Shown: one piece after another, positions 25,464-35,190 of the stretch | Layout of the letters: each line of letters begins with the position of its first letter | How positions within the stretch are numbered: the stretch's first letter is position 1 | NCBI GenBank assembly: GCA_963779225.1 | Contig: CAVZWW010000003.1 | Location: forward strand, 1,503,835 to 1,567,834 | Source of the DNA: an uncultured Bacteroidota bacterium | GTDB lineage: Bacteria; Bacteroidota; Ignavibacteria; UBA10030; UBA6906 | DNA: 64,000 bases | Direction of reading: 5' to 3' | Translations under genes and position numbers: made by a program | The notes under the pieces: generated by a model | The model's database searches: none | What the model was told of the DNA's origin: nothing | Seen by the model: only the letters and a program-made list of their open reading frames with translations

Positions 25464-28193
25464 GTGAATGTGTTCAAACATCTGCTGCTCTCTTGCCTTC
25501 TGCCCGGTTCACTGGCCGCGCAGGTGATGCAGCCCTATCTTTCGAACCTTCGGGCAACGAAGGACAGTCCGCTCTTTGCGACGTATGCGGCCGCAATGGA
25601 ACGTTCGGAGTTCACGCTGGACGAAGGATATCACCTCGTGTTCTATGATTCAACCCGCGGGATCGATCTCGTCACCGACAATGCCGGTGTCTGGTCGGTC
25701 GGCTTCAGGAAAGGCTCCCGTTTTGTGTATGCCCTGCGCGACATGGCAAAACCGCCCGTGCTGACCGTCTCCTACCCTGACATGGTCAAATATGCGTACG
25801 CACCGTTCGATAGTGTCCGGGTGGACATCACGTTTGTCGTTCACAGCTCCCGGATGGCCGTGCAGGAAGTGGCCGTCACCAACGAGGGGCGTGAGAGAAC
25901 CTCCATCGACGTCATTCCGTTCCTGCAGAATCCTGAACGTGCATTCAACGACGTATCGTTTCTTCACTCCCGAAAAGCGATCGCCTTCACGCACGAAGAG
26001 TTCCCCGACAGCTGGGTCCGGGAGCACGGTGTGCCGTTCGTGGACAGGGTGCACGACCTGTTTGTCTTTTCGCGCCCGCCCGCCCGGCTCTCCAGCTTCA
26101 GAAGCTTTCGCTGGAGCGGCGTTGAAATTCCCCCGGCGATAGAAATGAACAGGAAGCCGCTCTTTACGGTGTGGGGTCGGATGACGGACCGGAACGGAGA
26201 ACGGTGTCTCCATCGTACGCCGCCTCCCCGCATGCTGGTGGTGCTGAACGGAGACCGGAGGCGGATCCTGATCGAAAATGCACCGCGCTGGGGGAATACG
26301 GAATCGGGCATCACTGCTTCTGCCCTGTACGGCGTCGAACTGGGGAACTTCGGAGTGATTCGTTACGGCGACACGGCAACGGTCATGCTGTCATGCGGCG
26401 CAACCGGCGACGGCGCGACGGTGCGGGCTGCGATCGGCGACACTTCCAGTGTGCGGGACCAGCGCATTGATGTCCGGCTTGGATCCGTTGGCGGCCTGCG
26501 CGCACCGGAGAACGTGCGGCGCGATATCTGGGGGAGCGGCACGGAGCTGCGCCTCTACTGGAAACCGACAGGACCGGCTGTCCGGTACGATGTGTACCGG
26601 CGCGACTACGGTGCCGGTGGCGTGTATGAGCGCGTGGCGGCAGGTATTGAACAGACATTCTTTACAGACAAAAACATCCCGGATGACAGGATTTACGGGT
26701 ACGTAGTGACTGCCGTCGACGGCCGCGGCAGGATGAGTATGCATTCGAACGAAGTAAACAATATCGAGGGAAGCGATTTCCTCACCGATGTGAAATACCC
26801 CGGACAGGTGAAGGGAGATGCGCGCGATCTTTCGCGTGTGGTGTCGGCGTGGGAGACGCTGGAAATCGCTCCGGGTGCGACAGAGCGTTTGCGCGTGGTG
26901 CGCGCCATGCACCGGCCAGATGAGGACCGGGCAAAGGTTCTCGCTGCCGCAGAGCGCCTTATGGACGAAGATCTGGACGGGTACCTGAAGGACAATGAAC
27001 TTCTGTTCAGCCGTGTTCCTCCGCCACGATTCACCGATCCCGATAAGACCATGCTGTACTGGAGCGCGTATTCCCTGATGCGTCAGGTCATGCTGCCTCC
27101 GGAAGGGAAGTGCGGATTCAATTATTACGTGTTTTCACGTGAGCCACAATGGGGATGGGGACACGGGGGGCAGGTCTTCCACGAAAGCCTGACGATGCTC
27201 GCGTATGCCCTCATGGACCCGATGAGTGCCATGAATTCCCAACGGGTCTTCCGCGAACGGCAACAGAAAGGGGGATACATCAACTATCGAACCGGTCCCT
27301 ATCTGGATGAGACCATTCCCACCGGCGGGCAGATGACCAGTTCTGCGCCCTGGTATGCGTGGCAGAACTGGGAAGTCTACAGGCTGACGAAGGACAAGAC
27401 GTTTCTGGAACAGATGTATCAATCCAGCGCGGGGTTCTACAGGTACTTCGTCAAAAACCGGGATACCGATGGAGACGGTCTCTGCGAGTGGGGCGGGGAA
27501 GCGGTGCTGGAATCTGTCCGCGATGCCCGCGTGGCCGTCTGGGATGAAGTCGGATGGCCGAGTGAGTTCGAGGCGGTCGATGCCAATAGCATGCTGGTTA
27601 TGGAAGCGAAAGCGCTGTCTGCCATGGCCGCGGAGTTGGGACGTTCCGGTGAAGCCAGCGATTGGCTGAAGGACGCCGACGAGCGCTCGATGAAGATCAA
27701 CAAAACCTTCTGGGACGAGGAAACCGGATTCTACTACCAGGTGGACAAGAAGGACCATGACTTCACATTCAAAAAGCCGGACGATTTGAAGCGGGAAGAG
27801 ATCATCGGTTTTCTTCCTCTCTGGGCGGGCATCCCGGATTCAGCCCGTGCGCGCCGGCTGGTGGAGAAACTCACCGATCCGCAGAAATTCTGGCGGCCCT
27901 ATGGCGTGCCGACGCTCGCGGCGGACGATCCGTATTACAATCCCAAAGGGTACTGGAACGGGCCGGTCTGGGTACAGTGGGACTATCTCATCGAGCGGGG
28001 TCTGCTATCCTACGGCTACAAGAAGGAAGCACGCGAGCTGGTGGACCGCGTGGCCGCAGGCATGATCGCGCAGCTCAAGAAAGACCATAATTTCTGGGAG
28101 TTCTACAGCCCGGACGACCCATGGGCAGGCTATCACAAAACGTACATCTGGGCAGGAATCATCACCCGGATGATGCATGATATGCTCGAATGA
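25464..28193 (+). CDS. secreted (alpha/alpha)6-barrel GH63/GH37-like glycoside hydrolase; paralog 2 (about 910 aa)
   Basis: Motifs include NYYVFSREPQWGWGHGGQVFHESL, NRDTDGDGLCEWGG and a C-terminal FWRPYGVPTLAADDPYYNPKGYWNGPVWVQWDYL. The start is assigned to GTG 25464 to give a signal peptide (track ATG 25398). Confidence 0.65.
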   Translation: MNVFKHLLLSCLLPGSLAAQVMQPYLSNLRATKDSPLFATYAAAMERSEFTLDEGYHLVFYDSTRGIDLVTDNAGVWSVGFRKGSRFVYALRDMAKPPVLTVSYPDMVKYAYAPFDSVRVDITFVVHSSRMAVQEVAVTNEGRERTSIDVIPFLQNPERAFNDVSFLHSRKAIAFTHEEFPDSWVREHGVPFVDRVHDLFVFSRPPARLSSFRSFRWSGVEIPPAIEMNRKPLFTVWGRMTDRNGERCLHRTPPPRMLVVLNGDRRRILIENAPRWGNTESGITASALYGVELGNFGVIRYGDTATVMLSCGATGDGATVRAAIGDTSSVRDQRIDVRLGSVGGLRAPENVRRDIWGSGTELRLYWKPTGPAVRYDVYRRDYGAGGVYERVAAGIEQTFFTDKNIPDDRIYGYVVTAVDGRGRMSMHSNEVNNIEGSDFLTDVKYPGQVKGDARDLSRVVSAWETLEIAPGATERLRVVRAMHRPDEDRAKVLAAAERLMDEDLDGYLKDNELLFSRVPPPRFTDPDKTMLYWSAYSLMRQVMLPPEGKCGFNYYVFSREPQWGWGHGGQVFHESLTMLAYALMDPMSAMNSQRVFRERQQKGGYINYRTGPYLDETIPTGGQMTSSAPWYAWQNWEVYRLTKDKTFLEQMYQSSAGFYRYFVKNRDTDGDGLCEWGGEAVLESVRDARVAVWDEVGWPSEFEAVDANSMLVMEAKALSAMAAELGRSGEASDWLKDADERSMKINKTFWDEETGFYYQVDKKDHDFTFKKPDDLKREEIIGFLPLWAGIPDSARARRLVEKLTDPQKFWRPYGVPTLAADDPYYNPKGYWNGPVWVQWDYLIERGLLSYGYKKEARELVDRVAAGMIAQLKKDHNFWEFYSPDDPWAGYHKTYIWAGIITRMMHDMLE

Positions 28194-28204
28194 ATGGAGC
28201 TCCT

Positions 28205-29725
28205 ATGTCGCCGACCTTTCGCAGTTGTCATGTCGTCTTGTCCGTCTTCCTCTGCACTGTAGTAGCCCCGGCTGCCGGCGCGCAGAATATCCGTTCGGTA
28301 ACAATCTCAACGTCTCCTGGAATGACGATCACCGGCTACGTCGGGGCAGGTGGCGAGCAGGTCAAACTGTCTGTACCGCTGCCTGTCTTCACCTGCACGG
28401 TGAATGAGAAGCCCGTAAGCGCGCTCTCGTTCCGTGCAGAGCGGACAGGAGACAGTATCCGGTGGGAATCTTCCATCGGATTGTCAGGTGGCTTGCGTGT
28501 GGACAATGGATTCGGTCATGGCTGGAAGGCCACAGTGACATTTCACAATGTATCGCGTGACACGCTTCAGCTCGCCAACGTTGTTCCCCTGGGCGAAGGT
28601 TCTGACCGCGTGTTCATTCGCGCCGCCGGGCCCCAGACGTACCAGTTCCGTCTGAGCCGGTCCGCCCTCTTCCGCCCGGGAGTCGGACCGATCGGCGTCG
28701 TGTTGCCCGACAATGCCTGGGAAATGGGGTTCTGTGATGTCCCCGCCGACCGTGGGAAATCCCTGACGGCCATTGCGCGGCGTCTGGATTCTGCACAGGC
28801 CGATTTGCGGAGATTCCGTGCTGCTCTCCCCCCCGGCGGATGGGTGCAGTACATCTTCTACGCGGATGATCACACGGGCGACTGGCGGGCCGGCCTGCGC
28901 ATGATGTTCCAGGAACGATGGCTGTACGACCTTGACAGGTTCGACAACGCTCTTTTCGAACGAACGGACCTTGCCTGGATCCGGAGGAGTTATTTGCTTC
29001 TTCTCCAGTTTGCCTGGGACTCGGACTATTACGATGCGATGGCGGGACGATACCGGTACGATCAGTTCCTCGCCGGCCGTGGCGCCGCGCTGGGCGGCTT
29101 CGAAGCATATATGATCTGGCCCACGTGGCCGCGGCTCGGGCTGGATCAACGGAACCAGTGGGACATGTATCGTGATTTACCCGGAGGCACGGCGGAATTG
29201 CAGAGGCAGGTCCGGTATGCGCACGGACTGGGTACCCGGTACTTCATTGCCTATAATCCATGGGACGAGAGCACCCGGCGGGAAGATCATCTTACGGGGA
29301 TGGAACAGATGCTCCGGACGCTGAACGCCGACGGTGTTGTGCTGGATACCTGGGGGCAATCGAGCAAGGAGTTCCAGGCTGCAGCAGATCGCGTGAAGCC
29401 CGGCGTGGTGCTCTATAGCGAGGGGATGGCAATACCGAAGGATATGCCCGGGATTGTCGCCGGACGGGTTCACGATGCGATCTACATGCCTCCCCCCTTG
29501 AATTTGAACAAGCTCATCAAGCCCGAATTCGCCATCTTCCGTGTCATCCAGCTGGCGGAAGGCAGGATTCATCGCGAAATTGCGGTCTCGCTCTTCAACG
29601 GCTACGGGACGGAATTGAACATCATGCGACCGGGGCGGCCCGATTGGATAGACGAGGAACTGAGCGTATCTCGGAAAGACAACCAAGATCCTGCGCGAAA
29701 ACTCAACCGCCTTTCTCTCGCGTGA
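28205..29725 (+). CDS. secreted hypothetical protein, possibly a TIM-barrel glycosidase-like domain
   Basis: A signal peptide is present and a GGAG ribosome-binding site lies 7 nt before ATG 28205; track start 28190 overlaps the previous stop in an ATGA. No firm motif was recognised. The reading frame ends 11 nt before the FGE-domain ORF begins, and the two ORFs' open frames overlap over 29664-29725. Confidence 0.5.
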   Translation: MSPTFRSCHVVLSVFLCTVVAPAAGAQNIRSVTISTSPGMTITGYVGAGGEQVKLSVPLPVFTCTVNEKPVSALSFRAERTGDSIRWESSIGLSGGLRVDNGFGHGWKATVTFHNVSRDTLQLANVVPLGEGSDRVFIRAAGPQTYQFRLSRSALFRPGVGPIGVVLPDNAWEMGFCDVPADRGKSLTAIARRLDSAQADLRRFRAALPPGGWVQYIFYADDHTGDWRAGLRMMFQERWLYDLDRFDNALFERTDLAWIRRSYLLLLQFAWDSDYYDAMAGRYRYDQFLAGRGAALGGFEAYMIWPTWPRLGLDQRNQWDMYRDLPGGTAELQRQVRYAHGLGTRYFIAYNPWDESTRREDHLTGMEQMLRTLNADGVVLDTWGQSSKEFQAAADRVKPGVVLYSEGMAIPKDMPGIVAGRVHDAIYMPPPLNLNKLIKPEFAIFRVIQLAEGRIHREIAVSLFNGYGTELNIMRPGRPDWIDEELSVSRKDNQDPARKLNRLSLA

Positions 29726-29735
29726 CTGGGTTCCC

Positions 29736-31013
29736 TTGCTCAACACGAGGGTCGATAGCATCTGGGTCAATAAATGGCCGACACCTGCGAAGACGCTCTA
29801 CACGATCTACAGCCTCAGGCCCGAAGGATTTGCCGGTCCTCTCTTCGAAGCCCCTGCCCCCCGTGACTCCCACTATGTGTCCCTCTGGAACCATGAGGAA
29901 CTGGACACGGTCATGGTCGGCGGGAAATCCTACGTGCCGTCAACGGTCGATGGATTCAGCAGATCCTGGCTGGGGACACGCCGCGAAGGAAATGTGGATT
30001 GTCTTGCTCTGTTTCCCCGGCTTCTGCAGGTGGATCTGGATCAGGATTCTCTTTCCATCAATGTCTCTGCCGGGGATTCCGTTGTCGTATGGGCGGGAAC
30101 ACCTTCTTACACAACACGGTCCGTTCGATTCCGCGCCGGAAAGATTGCCCTCTCCCTGCACGCAGCACTCGGCAGGCACGAAGAGAAATTCGTAGTGCAG
30201 CTCTTTGATGGGGCGGGGCTCCTGGATGAGCGCGTGCTGTATGTCCCGCTGGCAACTCCCCGGCTGATTTCCAAGCGGGAAAAAACGGCGCCGGCCGGAA
30301 CATTGCCTCCCGATATGGTGATAATTCCCGCCGGCACATTCACCTACACGCCGACGCGGAGTTTCCTGAGCCCCAACGAAGTGATTCCCTACCCGGGGTC
30401 GAAAAACACCATCGTCACGTTGCCTCTCTTTTTCATGGACCGTTATCCGGTCACCAACGCCCGGTACAAAGAATTTCTCACCGCGACGGGTTACAGACCG
30501 GCTGACACGACGAACTTCCTCAAACACTGGAACCAGGGAAATCCACCGAAGGGAATGGAGAATCACCCGGTGGTTTATGTCGACCGATCCGATGCACGGG
30601 CCTATGCACAGTGGGCGGGGAAGCGGCTTCCAAGGGAAATCGAGTGGCAGTACGCTGCGCAAGGCGGAGATGGCCGCAAGTATCCATGGGGTAACATATG
30701 CGATTCGACGAAGTGCAACCAGAATCGGGGTACTACCAGCCCTGTTGATGCCTACCCGGAAGGGAAGAGTCCTTTCGGCGTCATGGATCTTGTGGGAAAC
30801 GTGTGGCAGCTGACCGGCGACCTGTACGACAACGGTACGTTTTACTACACGGTGATTCGCGGGGGGAGCTACTACAATCCTACAGCAAGCTGGTGGTATG
30901 TGCAGGGTGGCCCGCAGCCTGCGGACAATCCCCAGATCCTGCTGCTCGTCTCACCCGGATTCGACCGGTGTGCAACGGTCGGGTTCCGTTGCGTCAAGGA
31001 TGCTGGACAATAA
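29736..31013 (+). CDS. FGE-sulfatase (SUMF1/formylglycine-generating-enzyme-like) domain protein. It is either a separate gene with a TTG start or the C-terminal part of a frameshifted fusion with the preceding ORF.
   Basis: The C-terminal half contains MDRYPVTNARYKEFL, YAQWAGKRLPREIEWQYAAQGG, YPWGN, GVMDLVGNVWQLT, RGGSY and FRCVKD, which are the FGE-sulfatase family hallmarks. The N-terminal approximately 200 aa are unassigned. Confidence 0.6.
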   Translation: MLNTRVDSIWVNKWPTPAKTLYTIYSLRPEGFAGPLFEAPAPRDSHYVSLWNHEELDTVMVGGKSYVPSTVDGFSRSWLGTRREGNVDCLALFPRLLQVDLDQDSLSINVSAGDSVVVWAGTPSYTTRSVRFRAGKIALSLHAALGRHEEKFVVQLFDGAGLLDERVLYVPLATPRLISKREKTAPAGTLPPDMVIIPAGTFTYTPTRSFLSPNEVIPYPGSKNTIVTLPLFFMDRYPVTNARYKEFLTATGYRPADTTNFLKHWNQGNPPKGMENHPVVYVDRSDARAYAQWAGKRLPREIEWQYAAQGGDGRKYPWGNICDSTKCNQNRGTTSPVDAYPEGKSPFGVMDLVGNVWQLTGDLYDNGTFYYTVIRGGSYYNPTASWWYVQGGPQPADNPQILLLVSPGFDRCATVGFRCVKDAGQ

Positions 31014-31036
31014 CTTGTCTGCAGAAGGAGAGATGC

Positions 31037-32998
31037 ATGATCCGGAGAATCTTGAGTGCACTGGCCCTTGCATGCTGCGGTATCCCCGCATTGCTCGCGC
31101 AGGGTCCCTTCGACAACATCCTCTCGCCGGCCCGTCTGCCGATGTTGAAGGAGTCGAGGCTGCGACAGATCTCCAGCCACGACACCAGCGGCGGGAACAG
31201 CGATTTTGTCGCGATCGCAGCCGGTGCGACGGCGGAGATTGCAAGGATGGAAGGACCCGGCGTGATTGTCGGAATATGGTGCACGGTGGCCTCCCCCGAT
31301 CCATACTTCCTCCGGCGTACGTTGCTGCGGATGTACTGGGACGGAGAGACGGCCCCTTCCGTCGATGTTCCGCTCGGCGACTTCTTCGGAACAGGATTCC
31401 AGTACAAACAGTACATCACACCGTATACGGGGATGTCCAGCGGTGGCTACTACTGCTACTTCCCCATGCCGTTCGCCAAATCCGCACGGATCGAAGTCGT
31501 GAATGAAACCGGAGAGGAAATCAACTCCTTCTACTATCATATCGACTACCAGCAGCTCTCGCGGCCTCTCGGCGGGGATGTGGCCTATTTCCATGCCACA
31601 TGGCACAGGGAACCCAGGACCGACCCCCGCGCGGTGTACACGCTCCTCAACGCCAAAGGACGGGGGCACCTCGTGGGTGTGAATATGAGCATGCAGAGCT
31701 ATAACAACGACATGCAGTATCTCGAAGGGGACGAGCTGGTCTATGTGGACGGTGAGAAGTTGCCGTCCATTGCCGGGACCGGTACGGAAGACTACTTTAA
31801 CGGTGGCTGGTACTTCAACAAAGGTGAATTCGCGGCGCCCTATCACGGCCTGATTCTCAAGGACGATTCCCTGCAACGCATCGCCGCCTACCGGTTCCAC
31901 ATACAGGATGCCATCCCGTTCACCACATCTCTCCGGTTTGCCATTGAACACGGCGACCGGAACACCGAGATCGCGGACTACAGCAGCACCGCATACTGGT
32001 ACCAGCTGGAGCCGCATATGCCGCTGTCGCCTATGCCTCCTGCCGGATTCCGTATCCCGCTCCGGGTCGTTGTTCCTAACGGCGCTGTGGAAGCCGAAGC
32101 GCTTACACCGTCCGGAACCGCAGCGCCCATCCGCACCGAGGATATGACACCGTTCGGAGCCGAGTGGAGTGGGATGAAGCAGCTTCTTGTGCTCACGGAA
32201 AAACAGGGAGACGGCTTTGTGCTTGCGCTCCCGGCGATCGAAGAAATGTACGATGTCTCGCTCTACTATACACGCGGTCAATCCTATGGAAGTGTCGTGG
32301 TGCAACACGACGGTCAAAAAGTCGGGAGTATCGAAGGATTTGGTGCTTCGACGATACCGGGGGGGAAGGTCCTGCTGAAAGGACTCGGGTCACACGAAGG
32401 GTACATCAAACTCCAGTTTTCGGTGGAAGGGAAGGATGCGAAGTCTTCCGGATATGCCGTCGGGCTGGATGCATTCACGCTCGAGCCTCACAGGGTCTAT
32501 ATCCCCGAGTGGTATCTGATCGGGCCGTTCCCCAACCAGCGCGACGCAAAACTCCGTCGCCTCGGTCTGGATACGGTGTTCCCTCCCGAAAAATCGATTG
32601 ACCTTGCGGCAAGCTACGCCGGTGTGGATCAGCAGCCTGTGAAGTGGATATTGACGAAAACTCCTGCAAAAGGACGGATGGATCTGTATCAGTTCGACCC
32701 GTACGAAATGGTCGTGGTCTATGCCCTGACCTATGTGTACTCGCCAAAACAACAGACCGTCCCCCTCCTTCTGGGCAGTGATGACGGCGTCAAGGTGTTT
32801 CTGAATGGGCTTGAGATCCATCGTTTTCTGGCCATCCGGGTGGCTGCGCCGGACCAGGACCGTGTGCTGCTCAACCTGAAGGAGGGATGGAATGCTCTGA
32901 TGCTGAAGATCGAGAACAACTATGGCGGTTACAATTTCTACGCACGCGTTCTCGATCCGGGGCATAGCCTCGTGTTCAGTCCAATCAAGAAACACTGA
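31037..32998 (+). CDS. secreted DUF2961-like protein (GH172-like family) with an extra C-terminal beta-sandwich region
   Basis: A strong ribosome-binding site (GAAGGAGAG) and signal peptide are present. YLEGDELVYVDGEKLPSIAGTGTEDYFNGGWYF resembles the DUF2961 signature as I recall it. Track start 30803 was rejected because the upstream extension is not coding-like and lacks a ribosome-binding site. Confidence 0.6.
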   Translation: MIRRILSALALACCGIPALLAQGPFDNILSPARLPMLKESRLRQISSHDTSGGNSDFVAIAAGATAEIARMEGPGVIVGIWCTVASPDPYFLRRTLLRMYWDGETAPSVDVPLGDFFGTGFQYKQYITPYTGMSSGGYYCYFPMPFAKSARIEVVNETGEEINSFYYHIDYQQLSRPLGGDVAYFHATWHREPRTDPRAVYTLLNAKGRGHLVGVNMSMQSYNNDMQYLEGDELVYVDGEKLPSIAGTGTEDYFNGGWYFNKGEFAAPYHGLILKDDSLQRIAAYRFHIQDAIPFTTSLRFAIEHGDRNTEIADYSSTAYWYQLEPHMPLSPMPPAGFRIPLRVVVPNGAVEAEALTPSGTAAPIRTEDMTPFGAEWSGMKQLLVLTEKQGDGFVLALPAIEEMYDVSLYYTRGQSYGSVVVQHDGQKVGSIEGFGASTIPGGKVLLKGLGSHEGYIKLQFSVEGKDAKSSGYAVGLDAFTLEPHRVYIPEWYLIGPFPNQRDAKLRRLGLDTVFPPEKSIDLAASYAGVDQQPVKWILTKTPAKGRMDLYQFDPYEMVVVYALTYVYSPKQQTVPLLLGSDDGVKVFLNGLEIHRFLAIRVAAPDQDRVLLNLKEGWNALMLKIENNYGGYNFYARVLDPGHSLVFSPIKKH

Positions 32999-33012
32999 CC
33001 GGGAGTTTCACC

Positions 33013-35160
33013 GTGAATCTCCGACATCGTCTCGCAGGCATGCTGTTCACCATCGTTACCGCCGGGTCGCTGCAGGGGCAGGTTGTTGTGGGTGACCCGT
33101 ATCTGACGATTCGTGCAGGTGCGAACGACCCTCTCTTTGCGACCTACGCGGCTGCCATGAGCCGTTCCCGCTTCTTCGCCGATAAAGCGTACTTCATGGA
33201 CTACTTCACGCCCGACAAACCGATTACGTATTCCAGTCAGTACGCGGGGGATCTGGCGGTTGTGTGGAAGTTCAACAACATGGTTATCAACCGGATTCGG
33301 GACTTTGCCCGCCCGCCCGTTGTTATCGCGACCTTCCCGGACATGGCGGTGCTGGAGTATGAACCCTTCAAGGATGTACAGGTTCAGGAAGTCTTCTGCG
33401 TGTACAGTTCCGGATCGGCGGTGATCGACCTTCACCTGGAGAACCGTGGGACGGTCCCGCTCGTGCTGATGGCGTATCCCCTTCTGCATCTGCCACAGGA
33501 TTCCCTTAGAGTGGTTCGGCACGATCCGGGTGCATCGGGCACGGTCTTCACCCATCACGAACAGCTTGTCCGGCTGCACAGCAATCTCTACAAGGACCGG
33601 GGGTATCCCACCGATTTCCGGAATCTGCTTTCCTCACGGCCCGCTCCCGACAGCCACGGGGCATACGAATTCTGTTCGCTGGAGGACTTCTATTTTGCGG
33701 TCAAGCGGTTGAGCAAGGTCCATGAGAACGTAAAAGCCCTGAACATCAGGGATAGCGGACCGGCGACCATCGTCACATTGCAGAACACCCTGACATTAAG
33801 GCCGGGTGAAAAGGCAGCGTTACGGTTTGTGCGCAGTGTGCAGGATGCACGTCGGCCCGAAGCGGAACTGCTGGCAGACGCCGGCAGCGCTCTCACAGCG
33901 GATCTGCAGAAGACCGTGGATGACAATGTTGCGCTCTTCCGTTCGGTGCCACGTGTGCACTTCAAGTCGCCGGCGGAGAAACTTGTCTATCTCGGGGCCT
34001 TCAATCTTGTCCGGCAGTGCATGCTCCCCCCGGACGGGCAGACGAAACACAACTATTATGTTTTTTCCCGCAACCCGGTGTGGGGCTGGGGCCATGGTCA
34101 CCAGGTCATGCACGAGTCCCTCTCCATGATTCCGTATGTCTACCTCGATGCCCGGTCCGCCGAGGAGTCCCAGCGCGTCTACATGGAGCAGCAATACGAA
34201 GACGGGTTGATCGCTTACCGCCACGGTCCGCGCGGGCCACAGGTCTATCCGCATGAAGGAACCCCCACCACCTCCGCACCCTTCTTCTCGTGGACGAACT
34301 GGGAGATGTACAGCGTCACCAAAAATAGAGCTTTCCTTGCTGAATCCTATGCCGCCGGATCACGCTTCATCCGCTATCTGGAACAGGAGCGCGATGCCGA
34401 CCGGGATGGGATGTATGAGTGGGGTCCGTACGGGATCATCGAAAATGTCCGTGACGGATGGAATGTGGTGTTCCAGCTGTTCTCGGAAGGGGAGGACGAA
34501 GGACGGGATATTTCCCATGAGCTCGACGTGCTTGATCTTACCGCGGAAGTGGCGAACGAGATGTTCTCCCTGAGGCAAATGGCGCAGGAGCTTAAGGATA
34601 CTGCGGGCGTGAGGGAGTGGTCTACGAAATTCCAGCGGACCGCAGACCTGATCAACAGGTACATGTGGGATCCCAAAGACAAATTCTACTATAACGTTTC
34701 CATGTCCGACAACACCTTCGAGTTTGAAGGGAAGAGCCTGAGGCGCAAGGAATTGATCGGCTTTCTCCCGATGTGGGCGCATGTCGCCACGAAGGAACAA
34801 GCCCGGGAGCTCGTCAAGCATCTGACCGATCCCGGTCAATTCTGGCGCCGTTTCGGTGTCCCGACACTGGCCGCAAACGACCCAAACTATACGCCGTTTG
34901 TGGACGGATGCTGCCGCTGGAACGGTCCGGTGTGGCTGCTCTGGGACTATATCGTCATGCGCGGACTCAAGAACTACGGGTACCATGATATTGCCGGAGC
35001 GGTCGCCGAACGGATGATGCTGGCGGTGACAACGCAGCTGGCAACCAACCATCGTTTTTGGGAATCGTACAGCCCAGACTATGCCGTGCAGGAGAGTCCC
35101 TCCAACTACATCTGGGATTCCATCATGGCCAGAGTGCTTATTGACTATTATGCGAAGTGA
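33013..35160 (+). CDS. secreted (alpha/alpha)6-barrel GH63/GH37-like glycoside hydrolase; paralog 3
   Basis: GTG start with a GGGAG ribosome-binding site. Motifs include DPLFATYAAAMSRSRF, NYYVFSRNPVWGWGHGHQVMHESL, ERDADRDGMYEWG and FWRRFGVPTLAANDPNYTP...WNGPVWLLWDYIVMRGL. Confidence 0.65.
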   Translation: MNLRHRLAGMLFTIVTAGSLQGQVVVGDPYLTIRAGANDPLFATYAAAMSRSRFFADKAYFMDYFTPDKPITYSSQYAGDLAVVWKFNNMVINRIRDFARPPVVIATFPDMAVLEYEPFKDVQVQEVFCVYSSGSAVIDLHLENRGTVPLVLMAYPLLHLPQDSLRVVRHDPGASGTVFTHHEQLVRLHSNLYKDRGYPTDFRNLLSSRPAPDSHGAYEFCSLEDFYFAVKRLSKVHENVKALNIRDSGPATIVTLQNTLTLRPGEKAALRFVRSVQDARRPEAELLADAGSALTADLQKTVDDNVALFRSVPRVHFKSPAEKLVYLGAFNLVRQCMLPPDGQTKHNYYVFSRNPVWGWGHGHQVMHESLSMIPYVYLDARSAEESQRVYMEQQYEDGLIAYRHGPRGPQVYPHEGTPTTSAPFFSWTNWEMYSVTKNRAFLAESYAAGSRFIRYLEQERDADRDGMYEWGPYGIIENVRDGWNVVFQLFSEGEDEGRDISHELDVLDLTAEVANEMFSLRQMAQELKDTAGVREWSTKFQRTADLINRYMWDPKDKFYYNVSMSDNTFEFEGKSLRRKELIGFLPMWAHVATKEQARELVKHLTDPGQFWRRFGVPTLAANDPNYTPFVDGCCRWNGPVWLLWDYIVMRGLKNYGYHDIAGAVAERMMLAVTTQLATNHRFWESYSPDYAVQESPSNYIWDSIMARVLIDYYAK

Positions 35161-35190
35161 ATGTATCTGCCAACAGGAGAGGAAATCAAC

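Noticed and set aside
30803-31036. Upstream extension of the DUF2961-like ORF
   Set aside because: It overlaps the FGE-domain gene's 3' end. A consensus GAAGGAGAG ribosome-binding site precedes ATG 31037, which starts a typical signal peptide.
30872-32317. 481-aa minus-strand ORF antisense to the DUF2961-like gene
   Set aside because: There are no recognisable domains. The sense-strand ORF has a strong ribosome-binding site, a signal peptide and family motifs.
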